Shown: positions 48,823 to 62,341, counted from the first letter of the stretch. The stretch: 64,000 nucleotides of DNA from an uncultured delta proteobacterium (GCA_963848295.1 CAWKDB010000010.1:2944001-3008000), one strand, 5' to 3'. The notes: generated from the letters alone by a model not told the origin. A program made the numbers and translations.

Positions 48823-49302
48823 ATGACCCAACAGCTCGTCATGTACGAGGAGGAGCTCACGCAGATCACTGCGATCTGCGAAGTCCTCCAGCGCGACTCC
48901 AACGCGAGGGCGGTGCTTGTCATCGACAAGAACGGTCAAGCGTTCGCGAACGCCGGTGAAGTCGAACAGCTCGACATCACCTCTCTGTCGTCGCTGACCG
49001 CCGGCAACGTCGCCGCGACCGGGGCGATCGCGTCACTGCTCGCCGAGAAAGAATTCGCGGGGCAATTCCTCGAAGGTCAGAAGACGAGCTATCACGTGTC
49101 GATCATCGGCCAGCGCGTCATCATGGTCGTGTTGTTCGACGAACGGTCTTCGCTTGGGTTGGTCCGGTTGCGCGTTCGCAAGGCGAGCACGGAGCTGGTC
49201 AACGTGCTCGACCAGCTCGCGAAGAAGGCGGCGTCTGGGACTCAGCCGTCGGTGTTCTCGGAGATCACAGACGACGACATCGACAACCTGTTCAACGACT
49301 AG
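48823..49302 (+). CDS. mglB: MglB roadblock-domain GAP
   Basis: LVMYEEE, SLTAGNVAA, SLGLVRLRV, EITDDDIDNLF; start reassigned to ATG 48823. Confidence 0.96.
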   Translation: MTQQLVMYEEELTQITAICEVLQRDSNARAVLVIDKNGQAFANAGEVEQLDITSLSSLTAGNVAATGAIASLLAEKEFAGQFLEGQKTSYHVSIIGQRVIMVVLFDERSSLGLVRLRVRKASTELVNVLDQLAKKAASGTQPSVFSEITDDDIDNLFND

Positions 49303-49314
49303 GCGCGCGAATCA

Positions 49315-49902
49315 ATGAGCTTCATCAACTACTCGTCGCGCGAGATCAACTGCAAGATCGTCTACTACGGCCCCGGCTTGTGCGGGAAGACGACGAACCT
49401 CCAGTACATCTACAACAAGACGAACCCCGAGGCGAAGGGCAAGATGATCTCGCTCGCCACGGAGACCGAGCGCACGCTGTTCTTCGACTTCCTGCCGCTG
49501 TCGCTCGGCGAGATCCGCGGCTTCAAGACCCGGTTCCACCTGTACACCGTCCCCGGTCAGGTGTTCTACGACGCGAGTCGCAAGCTGATCCTGAAGGGCG
49601 TCGACGGCGTCGTGTATGTCGGTGATTCGCAGATGGAGCGCATGGAAGCGAACATCGAGTCGCTCGACAACCTGCGCCAGAATCTCCAAGAGCAGGGCTA
49701 CGACCTCGACAAGCTCCCGTACGTCGTCCAGTACAACAAGCGCGACCTGCCGAACGCGATCCCGATGACCGAGCTCGAAGAAGCGCTCAACCCGACGAAG
49801 GTGCCCGCGTTCGAGGCGGTGGCACCGAAGGGCGTCGGCGTGTTCGATACGCTGAAGGCAGTCGCGAAGCTCGTGCTCACCGAGCTACGAAAGGGCTCGT
49901 GA
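49315..49902 (+). CDS. mglA: MglA small GTPase
   Basis: [45 protein letters not shown]. Confidence 0.99.
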   Translation: MSFINYSSREINCKIVYYGPGLCGKTTNLQYIYNKTNPEAKGKMISLATETERTLFFDFLPLSLGEIRGFKTRFHLYTVPGQVFYDASRKLILKGVDGVVYVGDSQMERMEANIESLDNLRQNLQEQGYDLDKLPYVVQYNKRDLPNAIPMTELEEALNPTKVPAFEAVAPKGVGVFDTLKAVAKLVLTELRKGS

Positions 49903-52130
49903 TGGCTCAGGCCGCGTTGGATCGTCCCCGGTTCCGGCAGGATCTGGTCGCCGAGCCGATCGACGACAACGGCGCGAAGTTCATCGACGTCGCCGATCCC
50001 GACAGCGGCCACGTGTTTCGTTTCTACGAAGTCGAGTACTCGCTCGCGTGCGCGATGGATGGCGAGCGCGATATCGCCGGCATCTGTCGCTGGGCGCAAG
50101 AAGAGCTCGGCGTGTCGCCGACGCGTGGTCGAAGTTCGCAACGTGATCGCCACGCTCGGCGATCTCGGGTTTATTGAAGGCGGAGCGGCCGGAGCCGCGG
50201 TGTCGGCGCCGATGCGCGCGCCCGCGTCCGCGATCGAGGCGCCGCCGCCGGTGAACACGATGCCGGGCCCAGGCATCATCGCGAAGCCGCCGACGCAACG
50301 GTCACCCGCCGCGCAGGCGCAACGCCCGGCCGCGGTCGCCGCGCACGATGACGAGCTCGCGATCGGCGTGGTCACCGGCAAGGGTCGCGCAGCACCGCCG
50401 CTACCCGCGTCCGAGGTCGAGCTCGGCCATGCCGGTAGCTCGCGCGAGGAGACCGTCGTCGACGGCGCGCCGGCCGCAGACTTTGCGCTCGGGGCACCCG
50501 GTGCGGGCGCTCCGCGCCGGCCCGAGGTGCATCAGAGCGAGGACATCCCGCTCGGGATGTCGGGCCGGATGTCCGAGCCCGAGATCGAGCGCGTCGCGCA
50601 GGTGTCCGATGTCTCGCTCGACCTCAGCGACCACATCGCGGTGGGCAAGGACGACGTCAAAGAAGCCGTTCGCCAGTCGCAAGTCATGCGCGCGGTAGAT
50701 GTCCCGAAGGATCTGCTCGACGCGCTCGAAGGCGCCGAGGAGCCGAAGCCGGTCGGCGGCGTGGCCGCCAGCCGGCAGCACCGGCGAACGCGCGGCGCGG
50801 TGCAGGCGATAAGCCGGCGACACGGCCGAGCGTACCACCCGCGCGTCCGACGCCGCCGCCAACCCCGATCAACCCGCAGGTCGTCGCCGCCGCGGCGTCT
50901 CATGCGAGGGCGGCCGACGCCGCAGCGGCGCGAGGTGCCGAAGCTGCGCGCGCCAAGCCGGTTGCCCACGAAGCCGCGAAGCCAGCAGTCGCGCTGCCGA
51001 AGCAGCCGGTCGCAAAGCCGGCGACCGCTGCTCCGATCGCTCCGACCGCACCCAAGCCGGGTACCAGCCCCGTGCTCGTCGGCGTGTTGGTCGTCGTCAT
51101 CGTCGCGGCTGCGGCGTTCTTCGTCTATCGCTTCATGTTCGCGAAGACCGAAGGTGCGGCGACGGCGCAACAAACCTCGGCGCCCGTGCAGCCGAAGGTA
51201 CCGCCACCGCCCGCGCCGCCACCGGCCGAGATGCATCCGTTGACCGCCGAACAGGCGCCAGCCATCGAGCTCAAGGCGATGACGACCGGCACGGTCGAGA
51301 CGATCGTCGCGACCGGCACCGAGGTCAAAGCCGGCGACGTCGTCGTGCGACTCGCGGGAGGCAAGCCAATCGAGGCCGACGTCGCCGGGATCGCGAAAGA
51401 CATCGACAAGAGGTATCAACCCGACGTCGACGCGGCTCAGAAGGAGCACGACGCGGTGCAAGCCGGCGGTAGCAAGAGCGCGATCGCGTCTTCCGACGCG
51501 AAGCTAGCCGAGCGCACGAAGCGGCTCGACGACGCCCAGGGCAAGCTCAGCGCGAAGAAGTCGGAGCTCGAGAAGTATCTGATCAAGTCCGCGACCGACG
51601 GAAAGGTCACTGCGAACGCGAAGGCGGGCACTCACGTCAACCCGGCCGATGTGATCGCGACCGTATCGCAAGCGCCGGTGCTTACCGCGCAGTTCGCCGC
51701 GAAGCCGGGCTCGTCGGTCGGCGAGCAGCCGATCACGCTCGTCGCGAAAGGCGGCTCGAAGTTGACGTGCTCGGTCGTGCAGCTGACCGCCGAAGTCTTG
51801 AAGGTCACGTGCCCGGCGAACGCGGCTCCGGCAGGGACGCAGGTCGCGATCGACGGCCCGGTGCCCACCAGTGGCGGTGGCGCACCAGCACCGGCACCGG
51901 CGCCTGCACCACCGCCGGCGCCTGCACCACCGCCGGCGCCCGCACCCGCACCTGCGCCGCACGCACCTCACGCACCTCACGCTCCGGCCCAGCACGCAAA
52001 CGTTCAACCCAAGCCGCGGGCGCCCGCGACCGCGCCGACCGCGCCACCTGGTCCGGCGCCTGCTCCGGCACCGGCGCCTGCTCCGGCACCCGCGCCTGGC
52101 CCGGCTGGCAGCGACGCTCCCGCGCCGTAG
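49902..52130 (+). CDS. Membrane protein with N-terminal globular domain, disordered linker, TM and HlyD/biotinyl-lipoyl-like domain; two apparent compensating frameshifts (about 50127 and 50770)
   Basis: Coherent protein passes from ORF 49899 to ORF 50059 and back to the frame of ORF 51072; GTVETIV..VKAGDVV / coiled coil / IKSATDGKV. Confidence 0.7.
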
Positions 52131-52205
52131 GAGTCGGGGCGGCGCGGCTCGACACGCGCGCCGACATCACCACGGCACCGAGTCGAGTCGCCGGCCGCGG
52201 CACCC

Positions 52206-52231
52206 CAGTCGACAAAAGCGACAGCGTCACC
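52206..52231 (-). repeat. 26-bp repeat family A, single copy supplying a TGA stop
   Basis: GGTGACGCTGTCGCTTTTGTCGACTG on the minus strand. Confidence 0.88.
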
Positions 52232-53234
52232 CGAGCGCGGCGAGCGCGACGGTGATGCGCGAGAACACGCCGGCGGTACTCGCGGTCGCGCAGACATCGA
52301 ACAACGCCGCATCGGAGAAGCCGGTCGCGCGCAGCGCCGCGAAGCTCGCATCACCGAGCCGCCACGGTGCGAGCGTGACGAGCTCGGCGAGCGCACGCAG
52401 CGCGTCTTCGAGCGGGTTCGCGGTCAGATCGCCGGGCGGCGAGATCGAGCCATCGCCGAGCCAGGTCGCGACCCAGCGCGCGATCAGCGTGCGCTGCCGC
52501 CGGGTCAACGGCGCATCGCGTTCGAACATGTAGGTTCGCCATTCGGCGAGCGTCGCGAGCGTCGCGATCCGACTGGCGAGATCGAGGGCGGGCTTGCCGA
52601 CGACGAGGCGCGGCGCTGCGGCGAGCGCCGGCACCGTTGCATCGACCGCAGGCGGCGCGTGCAGGACCTGGTAGTCGAGCGAGACGCCGACCGCATCGGC
52701 GATTCGGTTCAGATGGCCGAACAACGAGCCGAGCGCGATGACTTGCAACACATCGTCGCCGCCGAGGCCGTCGCCGTGCCAGCGTTCGAGGTGCGCTCGC
52801 GACAGCTGCCACGGTGCGTCGCAGACGATCGCGGCGAGCTCTGCGATCGCGCGCAGCCGCGGCACCGGCCATGACCGTCCGGGCTCGCGCGGATCCGCGA
52901 TCACCGCGAGCGCAAGGGCGTCGTCACCGAGCGCGACACGCAGAAACTCTGCGTGACAGCTCGTTCAATAAAAACATTGATTCAAGCGCGAGGTCGTCGC
53001 GTTGACCAGCTCGCGCTCCGGCCACGACAGCGGCCCGGTGCCGTTCAACGTCGACGACGTCAGGAACACCTTCGGAATCAGCTCGGGATCGAGGCTGTGA
53101 GCGACCACGATGCCGGGTGCGCCGCCGTGTGCCGGTCGATACGTCGGCGGCAGCGGTCGCTGCAGCATGCGCTCGTAGATCTCGCGCAACTTCCCGGTCG
53201 ACTCGGGATGCGAGGTGGTCGCGAGCGCCATCAC
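52227..53234 (-). CDS. AhpD/CMD-like selenoprotein (in-frame UGA at 52965-52967, motif NQCFYU)
   Basis: ORFs 52965-53234 and 52227-52904 are in frame; readthrough gives RELVNATTSRLNQCFY-U-TSCHAEFLR; hairpin downstream; selB in window. Confidence 0.85.
52935..52964 (-). promoter_or_regulatory. Putative bacterial SECIS element
   Basis: CACGCAGA-GTT-TCTGCGTG perfect 8-bp stem; loop begins with G, 17 nt after the UGA. Confidence 0.75.
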
Positions 53235-53443
53235 AGCACCTTGAGCGAGTGCACCGCGAAGTGCGGCCCCATCATCGCGAAGCCCATCTCGTGCTTGTCG
53301 ACCTTGCCTTCGACCTCGGCGCGGACGCCGTCTTTCAGACCCTCGAGCTTGCCGGTCAGCCGGTAGTGGTCGCCGGAGTCGGCTTTGAGCAGCCAGTGTC
53401 CGCCCTCGACATCGCTACGCACGATCGTCCCCGTGAGCTTCAT
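53231..53443 (-). CDS. Small OB-fold-like hypothetical protein, 70 aa
   Basis: MKLTGTIVRSDVEGGHWLL..YRL..AEVEGKV; stop overlaps the AhpD-like start. Confidence 0.7.
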   Translation of the reverse strand: MKLTGTIVRSDVEGGHWLLKADSGDHYRLTGKLEGLKDGVRAEVEGKVDKHEMGFAMMGPHFAVHSLKVL

Positions 53444-53523
53444 GACCGAAGGATAGCTCACCGCACGAGCCCTCGCGACAGTTCCCTGTCCCCGCCGACC
53501 AGACGCGGTGGTTTCGAGCGTCT

Positions 53524-55584
<2,061 letters not shown>

Positions 55585-55763
55585 CACTACTCCTAAACCA
55601 CCTGGATTCACGGCGGGAGTTTCCGGCACGAGCGCGTGTCTCGGCGCTGTAACGGCAAGGCGAGCAGATCGCTGAGCCGAAACGCGCTGTGCGCGGCTCC
55701 CAGGTTTGACTACCGGCGCCGAGGGCGTCGCCCATCCGACCGTAACCACCTGTGGAGCCTGCC

Positions 55764-55976
55764 ATGAAGAAGATCAGCAACAAGAAGCTTTTGCTCGCCA
55801 GCACGACCGTCCGCGTCCTCGACGGCGATCAGCTCGATGGCGTCGGCGGTGCCGGCGGCGCGGTCCCGACCACGACGATCTACCGCCGCAGCGCGATCTC
55901 GAACGAGACGATCGCGTGCCGCCGCGGCACCGTGCGCGCGAACGCGACCGCGCGCTGCATCCTGCCGCCGGGCTGA
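55764..55976 (+). CDS. RiPP (lanthipeptide-like) precursor peptide, 70 aa
   Basis: GGAG RBS; leader KKLLLASTTVRVL..LDGVGG (double-Gly); Ser/Thr- and Cys-containing core. Confidence 0.7.
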   Translation: MKKISNKKLLLASTTVRVLDGDQLDGVGGAGGAVPTTTIYRRSAISNETIACRRGTVRANATARCILPPG

Positions 55977-56012
55977 GCTTGCGTTCGCCGCTCCCGTGAT
56001 TAGCCTGAGCGG

Positions 56013-56426
56013 GTGTTCCGCCGAGACTGGCTGCAGCGTCTGATCGAGCAGATCGCGGAGTTCGTCGGCAAGGCGACGGGCTTTATCGACAAGTCCAAGT
56101 ACGAGTCGGCGCTCGAGACGGTCGCGCGCGGCTGGGCCGACGTGCTGGGCGTGCCCCGCGAGCTCGTCGATCGGGTCGATCCGCCGACCCTCGCCGAGCT
56201 GTTGCGCGAGCCGGCGAAGATGCGCGCCGGCGCCGAGCTGCTGACGGTCGAGGCGCGCGCGTACGCCGGTAAGGGCGATCCGCTCCACGCCGCGCTGTGC
56301 TACCGCCGCGCTTACGAGCTGTACCTCGAGGCGCGGGCGCTGGATCCGACCGACGGCGACGATGCCGCGCTGCTCGAGCTGTCGCGGTTCGTGCCACCGA
56401 GCGAGGTCCACGCGCGCTACCGCTGA
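56013..56426 (+). CDS. Helical hypothetical protein (DUF6483-like N-terminus)
   Basis: RRDWLQRLIEQ N-terminal motif. Confidence 0.65.
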   Translation: MFRRDWLQRLIEQIAEFVGKATGFIDKSKYESALETVARGWADVLGVPRELVDRVDPPTLAELLREPAKMRAGAELLTVEARAYAGKGDPLHAALCYRRAYELYLEARALDPTDGDDAALLELSRFVPPSEVHARYR

Positions 56427-56448
56427 GTTTCGGCGTATAAAGCCCGCG

Positions 56449-57615
56449 ATGGCTTACGCGGGGCTCGACTACTACGCGATCGACGAGCTGTACACGAACG
56501 AAGAGCGGCTCGTCCGCGACACCGTGCGCGAGCTCGTCACGTCGCGGATCATGCCGTCGATCGGCAAGCACTGGTCGGCCGGGACGTTTCCGCACGAGCT
56601 CGTGCCGGTGTTCGGCGAGATGGGCCTGCTCGGGCCGTCGCTCACCGGCTACGGCTGCCCCGGGATCTCGCCGTCGGGCTACGGGTTGATCTGCCAGGAG
56701 CTCGAGCGCGGCGACTCGGGGATTCGCTCGTTCTGCTCGGTCCAGAGCTCGCTCGTGATGTTTCCGATCTGGGCGTTCGGCTCCGAGGAACAGAAGCAGC
56801 GCTGGTTGCCCGAGCTCGCCGCCGGTCGCGCGATCGGCTGCTTCGGGCTGACCGAGCCCGACTTCGGCTCGAACCCGAGCGGGATGTTGACGACCGCGAC
56901 CAAGACGCCGGGCGGCTACCGCCTCAACGGCACGAAGCGGTGGATCACGAACGGCTCGGTCGCGCACGTCGCGCTGGTGTGGGCCAAGCTCGACGGTAGA
57001 GTCCACGGCTTTCTCGTGCCGACCCAGACCAAGGGCTTCACCGCGCGCGATATCCACGGCAAGTGGTCGCTGCGCGCGAGCGTGACGAGCGAGCTCCACC
57101 TCGAGGACGTCGAGGTCGGCGAGGACGCGCTGCTGCCCGGCGTGTCCGGGATGCGCGGCCCGCTGTCGTGCTTGTCGCAAGCGAGGTTCGGCATCTGCTA
57201 CGGCGCGGTCGGTGCGGCGATGGCCTGCTACGACGAAGCGCTCGGCTACGCGAAAGATCGCGTGCAGTTCTCGAAGCCGATCGCGGGCTATCAGCTCGTG
57301 CAACAGAAGCTGGTGACCATGGTCAGCGAGATCACGAAGGCGCAGCTGCTGTGCTGGCGACTCGGCAAGCTCAAGGAGGCCGACAAGCTTCAAGCGGGTC
57401 AGATCTCGCTCGCGAAACGCAACAACGTGTCGATCGCGCGCGACATCGCCCGCGATGCACGCGACATCCTCGGCGCGAACGGCGTCACCGACGAGTATCA
57501 GTGCGGGCGCCACATGCTGAACCTCGAGTCGGTCTACACCTACGAGGGCACGCACGACATCCACACGCTCGTCGTTGGCCAAGACGTCACCGGCCTGCCA
57601 GCTTTCGACTCGTGA
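56449..57615 (+). CDS. Acyl-CoA dehydrogenase (glutaryl-CoA dehydrogenase-like)
   Basis: GCFGLTEPDFGS, WITNG, ARFGI, TYEGTHDIH. Confidence 0.93.
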   Translation: MAYAGLDYYAIDELYTNEERLVRDTVRELVTSRIMPSIGKHWSAGTFPHELVPVFGEMGLLGPSLTGYGCPGISPSGYGLICQELERGDSGIRSFCSVQSSLVMFPIWAFGSEEQKQRWLPELAAGRAIGCFGLTEPDFGSNPSGMLTTATKTPGGYRLNGTKRWITNGSVAHVALVWAKLDGRVHGFLVPTQTKGFTARDIHGKWSLRASVTSELHLEDVEVGEDALLPGVSGMRGPLSCLSQARFGICYGAVGAAMACYDEALGYAKDRVQFSKPIAGYQLVQQKLVTMVSEITKAQLLCWRLGKLKEADKLQAGQISLAKRNNVSIARDIARDARDILGANGVTDEYQCGRHMLNLESVYTYEGTHDIHTLVVGQDVTGLPAFDS

Positions 57616-58397
57616 CGACGGATCGCGACCCACCCGATCTCTTGATCTGCGCCGGGCTCGATCCGTCGGGCGGCGCCGGCCTGATCGCCGATGTCCGGAT
57701 CGCGACCGAGCTCGGCGTGCGGCCGATCGGCGTCGTCACCGCGCTGACCGTGCAGAGCACGCTCGGCGTGATCGGCTGCCACGCCTGCGATCCGGAGGTC
57801 GTCGGCCATCAGCTGTCGTATCTGCTCGGCGACATCGAAGCGCGCGCGGTCAAGATCGGGATGCTCGGGTCGCCGGCGATCGCGCGCGAGATCGCGCGTG
57901 CGCTCGAGCAAACGCGTGCGCCGGTCGTGTGGGACCCGGTGCTCGCGTCGTCGAGCACCAACGTCGATCTCTCGGGCGGCTCGCTCGGCGAAGCGGCGGT
58001 CGCGTTGCGGTCGCACCTCGCGCTCGTGACGCCGAACGCACGCGAGCTCGCGGCGATGACCGACCTGCCAGTCGCGACGCTGGCCGAGGCCGAGGCCGCC
58101 GCGAAGAAGCTCGCCGCGCGGCTCGACTGTGCGGTGCTCGCGAAGGGCGGACATCTCGGCGGCGACGAATCGGTGGACCTGTTGATCGAGCGAGCGCAGG
58201 TCACCGTGTTGCGCGGGCCACGGCTCCCCGATGGCGAGCACGTCCACGGCACGGGCTGCGCGTTGTCGACCGCGATCGCGGCGTACCTCGCGCTCGGCAC
58301 GTCGGTACCGGAAGCGTGCTCGCGGAGCAAGCAGCTCGTCGCTCGCAAGATCGCAGCGCCGGCACTCCCGGGCCGCGGCGCGCCCGCGATCGTATGA
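57612..58397 (+). CDS. thiD: Hydroxymethylpyrimidine/phosphomethylpyrimidine kinase
   Basis: AGLDPSGGAGLIAD, VKIGML, TPNARE, KGGH, HGTGC. Confidence 0.95.
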   Translation: MTTDRDPPDLLICAGLDPSGGAGLIADVRIATELGVRPIGVVTALTVQSTLGVIGCHACDPEVVGHQLSYLLGDIEARAVKIGMLGSPAIAREIARALEQTRAPVVWDPVLASSSTNVDLSGGSLGEAAVALRSHLALVTPNARELAAMTDLPVATLAEAEAAAKKLAARLDCAVLAKGGHLGGDESVDLLIERAQVTVLRGPRLPDGEHVHGTGCALSTAIAAYLALGTSVPEACSRSKQLVARKIAAPALPGRGAPAIV

Positions 58398-59335
58398 CCA
58401 TCGTCGTCACCGGCGCCACCGGGTTCATCGGTAGCGCGCTCGTCGCGAAGCTGCTCGAGCGGGGCGATGCCGTCACCGCGCTCACCCGCGATCCCGAACG
58501 CGCGAACCTCACCCCGGCCGGGGCGACGCTCGTGCGCGCCGAGCTCGAGGCGCCGGGCGCGTGGTGCGCTGCGCTCGCGCGCGCCGATGCGGTCGTCCAT
58601 CTCGCCGGTCAAGCGATCGCGGGTCGGCGCTGGGACGCGCGTTACAAGCAGCTGATCCGCGACAGTCGGGTCGAATCGACCCGCACGATCGTGGAGGCGA
58701 TCGGCAAGCTGCCTCCCGACGAGCGGCCACGCGCGCTGATCTGCGCGTCGGGAGCCGACTACTACCCGTTCGCGGTGGCCCCGCTCGACGACGACGAGGT
58801 GACCGAGAAAGATCGGCCTTCGGACAGCTTCCTCGGTCGACTGTGCCGCGACTGGGAGCGCGAGGCGCGCGCGGCCGCTGCGCTTGGCGTTCGGGTCGTC
58901 CGGATGCGCACCGGGCTCGTGCTCGGCTCGGGTGGCGCGCTCGCCGCGATGACCACACCGTTCAAGTTGTTCGCGGGAGGGCGGGTCGGCAACGGCAAGC
59001 AATGGGTGTCGTGGATCCATCTCGCCGATGCGGTCGCGGCCTACGTCGCGGCGATCGACGACGCGCGCTATGCCGGTCCGATCAACCTCGTCGCCGGCTC
59101 GGTTCGCGGCAAGCAGCTCGCCGCGGCGATCGGCAAGGCGGTGCGTCGCCCGAGCTGGTTGCCGGTGCCCGGCTTCGCGCTGCGCGCGGCCGTGGGCGAG
59201 CTCGCGGAGTACCTGCTCGAGGGTCGCAACGTCGTGCCGGCGAAGCTAAGAGCGCTTGGCTTTTCGTTCGAGCACCCCGAGCTCGGAGAAGCCGTCGCGG
59301 CGGCGCTCGCGGCGTCGCGCGCGGCGTCGCGTTAG
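58394..59335 (+). CDS. TIGR01777-family NAD-dependent epimerase/oxidoreductase
   Basis: TGATGFIG, HLAG..I..RW, SRV, RTGLVL, GKQWVSWIH. Confidence 0.93.
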   Translation: MTIVVTGATGFIGSALVAKLLERGDAVTALTRDPERANLTPAGATLVRAELEAPGAWCAALARADAVVHLAGQAIAGRRWDARYKQLIRDSRVESTRTIVEAIGKLPPDERPRALICASGADYYPFAVAPLDDDEVTEKDRPSDSFLGRLCRDWEREARAAAALGVRVVRMRTGLVLGSGGALAAMTTPFKLFAGGRVGNGKQWVSWIHLADAVAAYVAAIDDARYAGPINLVAGSVRGKQLAAAIGKAVRRPSWLPVPGFALRAAVGELAEYLLEGRNVVPAKLRALGFSFEHPELGEAVAAALAASRAASR

Positions 59336-60138
59336 CGTCGGCCGTGGCCGCCGGCGTGCGCGACGCCGCCGATGTGGCCGCCACCAGCGAAGCGGCCGCC
59401 GCCGGCGCGGAAGTGGCCGCCGAAGTGACCGACGCGCACCGGGCCATGCACGATGCCGCCGTGACCATATCCGTATCCGTAGAAATGGCGCGGGTGGAGA
59501 TATCCGACGAAGCCGGGATAGAGCCCGAAGCCCCACCAGTACGGGCCGTAGCCGGCCCAGTACGGCCAGGCGTAGTCGACGTACGCCGAGTCATAGGTGG
59601 CGTCCGCGTACTGATCGCGGTCGACGCGATCGAACTGGGTACGCGACGCGACGGTGCGCGTCGGTGTGGTCACTTGCCAAAGCACCTGGAAGCCGGGGAG
59701 CTGCGCGTCGCTGTGCACGGTCGCTGGCACCGGGAAGTACAGATCGATGACGTGGCGCTGGTGCTGCGCGATCGCCACGACCGGCAGCGTCGGCACATCG
59801 GCGTTCGCAAACAGTGGGCCGCTCTGCCCTTCGCCGGCGATCTCGACGAGTTGCTTGCTGGTGTCGATCGTCCAGGGCACCGCATCGCCGTCGTTCGCGA
59901 CGATCATCCGCACGTGGAGCGCGGGCATCGTCGTGCCGCTGGGCGACAGTGCGGCGATTCCGTACGACGTGATCTGCACGGTGCCCTGCGGTGCCTCCTG
60001 CGGGATCGCGATGCTCTGCGCCGGCATGCCTGCCGCGACGGAGTTCGGGATGTCTGGCGCGTAGGCGTAGTCGGTCGTCGCGCATGCGCCGAGGCCGCAC
60101 GCGACGAGGACCGATGCAAGAATTTCTGACGTCTTCAT
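59332..60138 (-). CDS. Lipoprotein with Tyr/Gly/His-rich C-terminal tail
   Basis: GAGG RBS, LGAC lipobox from ATG 60138. Confidence 0.75.
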   Translation of the reverse strand: MKTSEILASVLVACGLGACATTDYAYAPDIPNSVAAGMPAQSIAIPQEAPQGTVQITSYGIAALSPSGTTMPALHVRMIVANDGDAVPWTIDTSKQLVEIAGEGQSGPLFANADVPTLPVVAIAQHQRHVIDLYFPVPATVHSDAQLPGFQVLWQVTTPTRTVASRTQFDRVDRDQYADATYDSAYVDYAWPYWAGYGPYWWGFGLYPGFVGYLHPRHFYGYGYGHGGIVHGPVRVGHFGGHFRAGGGRFAGGGHIGGVAHAGGHGRR

Positions 60139-60161
60139 GGTGAGTCCTCGGCGACCTACGC

Positions 60162-60177
60162 TGCATCGCGCGTGCCG
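60162..60177 (-). promoter_or_regulatory. Sigma-54 (-24/-12) promoter
   Basis: CGGCACGCGCGATGCA = GG-N10-GC, 24 bp upstream of the lipoprotein ATG. Confidence 0.6.
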
Positions 60178-60195
60178 CGAGCTCACGTACGCGCG

Positions 60196-61014
60196 CTACT
60201 CGAGCTCGAACTCGGCGTGCACGATCGTGAAGATGTCTTTCTGGAGCGAGCTCGTATCGTTGTTGCCGGTGTCGGAGGTCTGGGTCGAGTTCGCCGGATT
60301 GACGTTGATGATGCCCATGTCGGCGACGAGCAGCTTGCCGATATCGGCGCCGCCCGTCGTCTTGACGATGTTCTCGGCGCGTGCGCGCGCGTCTTTGCCG
60401 GCGGCGGCGAGCATCTCGACCTTGAGCTCGCCGAGTCGCGTGTAGAAGTATTGCGGCTCGGCCGAAGCGATCGACACGCCTTGCTCGAGCAGCGACGTGA
60501 TCTCGCGCGACGCACGCTCCACGCGCTTGACGTCGTGCGACTCGACCGTGATCGATTCGCGGGTGACGAACCCCTTCGGGATCTTCTTCTCGGTGTGAGT
60601 GGCGACGTTCGAGTTGTTCGGCCCGACGGGCAGGACCTTGACCTCGTCGATCGTGTCGAACTCTTGCTCGAACGTCGTGGAGGACGGCTGGATCTCGTCG
60701 GGTTTGATCCCCTGCGCCTGGAGAAACGCCACGGCCTTGTCGCGCTCCTCGTGCAAGATCTTGTAGGCCTCGGTGCGGTCGGCGGCATGCGCCTCTAGGG
60801 TCGCCGTCCACTCGATCAGGTCCGACACGATCTGTTTGTGCGCGGAGCCGGTGACCTTGAGCATCCGCTTCTCGGGGCGGACTCGTACGCTGTGCCAGGT
60901 GCTGAAGCCGATCGCGGTCGACCACACCATCGCGCCCGCGAGCGCGACCAGCCCGAGCGGGCGAAGGTCGAGCCAGCGGGGGACCTCGCGGTGTTTCTTG
61001 AGAGGCGTTTCCAT
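60196..61014 (-). CDS. SIMPL (DUF541) domain protein
   Basis: VTGSA..IVSD, LKVEMLAAAGKDARARAE. Confidence 0.85.
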   Translation of the reverse strand: METPLKKHREVPRWLDLRPLGLVALAGAMVWSTAIGFSTWHSVRVRPEKRMLKVTGSAHKQIVSDLIEWTATLEAHAADRTEAYKILHEERDKAVAFLQAQGIKPDEIQPSSTTFEQEFDTIDEVKVLPVGPNNSNVATHTEKKIPKGFVTRESITVESHDVKRVERASREITSLLEQGVSIASAEPQYFYTRLGELKVEMLAAAGKDARARAENIVKTTGGADIGKLLVADMGIINVNPANSTQTSDTGNNDTSSLQKDIFTIVHAEFELE

Positions 61015-61062
61015 CGAGCGCTCCTGTGGGTAGGTGGCGATCGAAGGCGCAGGGCGCAGGAA

Positions 61063-62298
<1,236 letters not shown>

Positions 62299-62305
62299 GG
62301 CCGGC

Positions 62306-62326
62306 AGTGTGACAAGCCGTCACACT
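62306..62326. promoter_or_regulatory. Palindromic operator upstream of the sigma-54 activator gene
   Basis: AGTGTGAC-AAGCC-GTCACACT perfect 8-bp inverted repeat. Confidence 0.55.
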
Positions 62327-62341
62327 CGAAGCAACTGAAAT

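Noticed and set aside
50175..50177. TGA in the mglA-downstream gene as selenocysteine
   Set aside because: No redox motif, and the protein-like sequence is in the +1 frame across this point, so a frameshift explains it better.
52953..52967. UxxCH as a selenocysteine heme c attachment site
   Set aside because: No signal peptide, and the His matches the normal AhpD CxxC-xxx-H catalytic position.
55621..55640. Sigma-54 promoter for the RiPP precursor
   Set aside because: GGCACG is present but there is no GC at the required 10-bp spacing.
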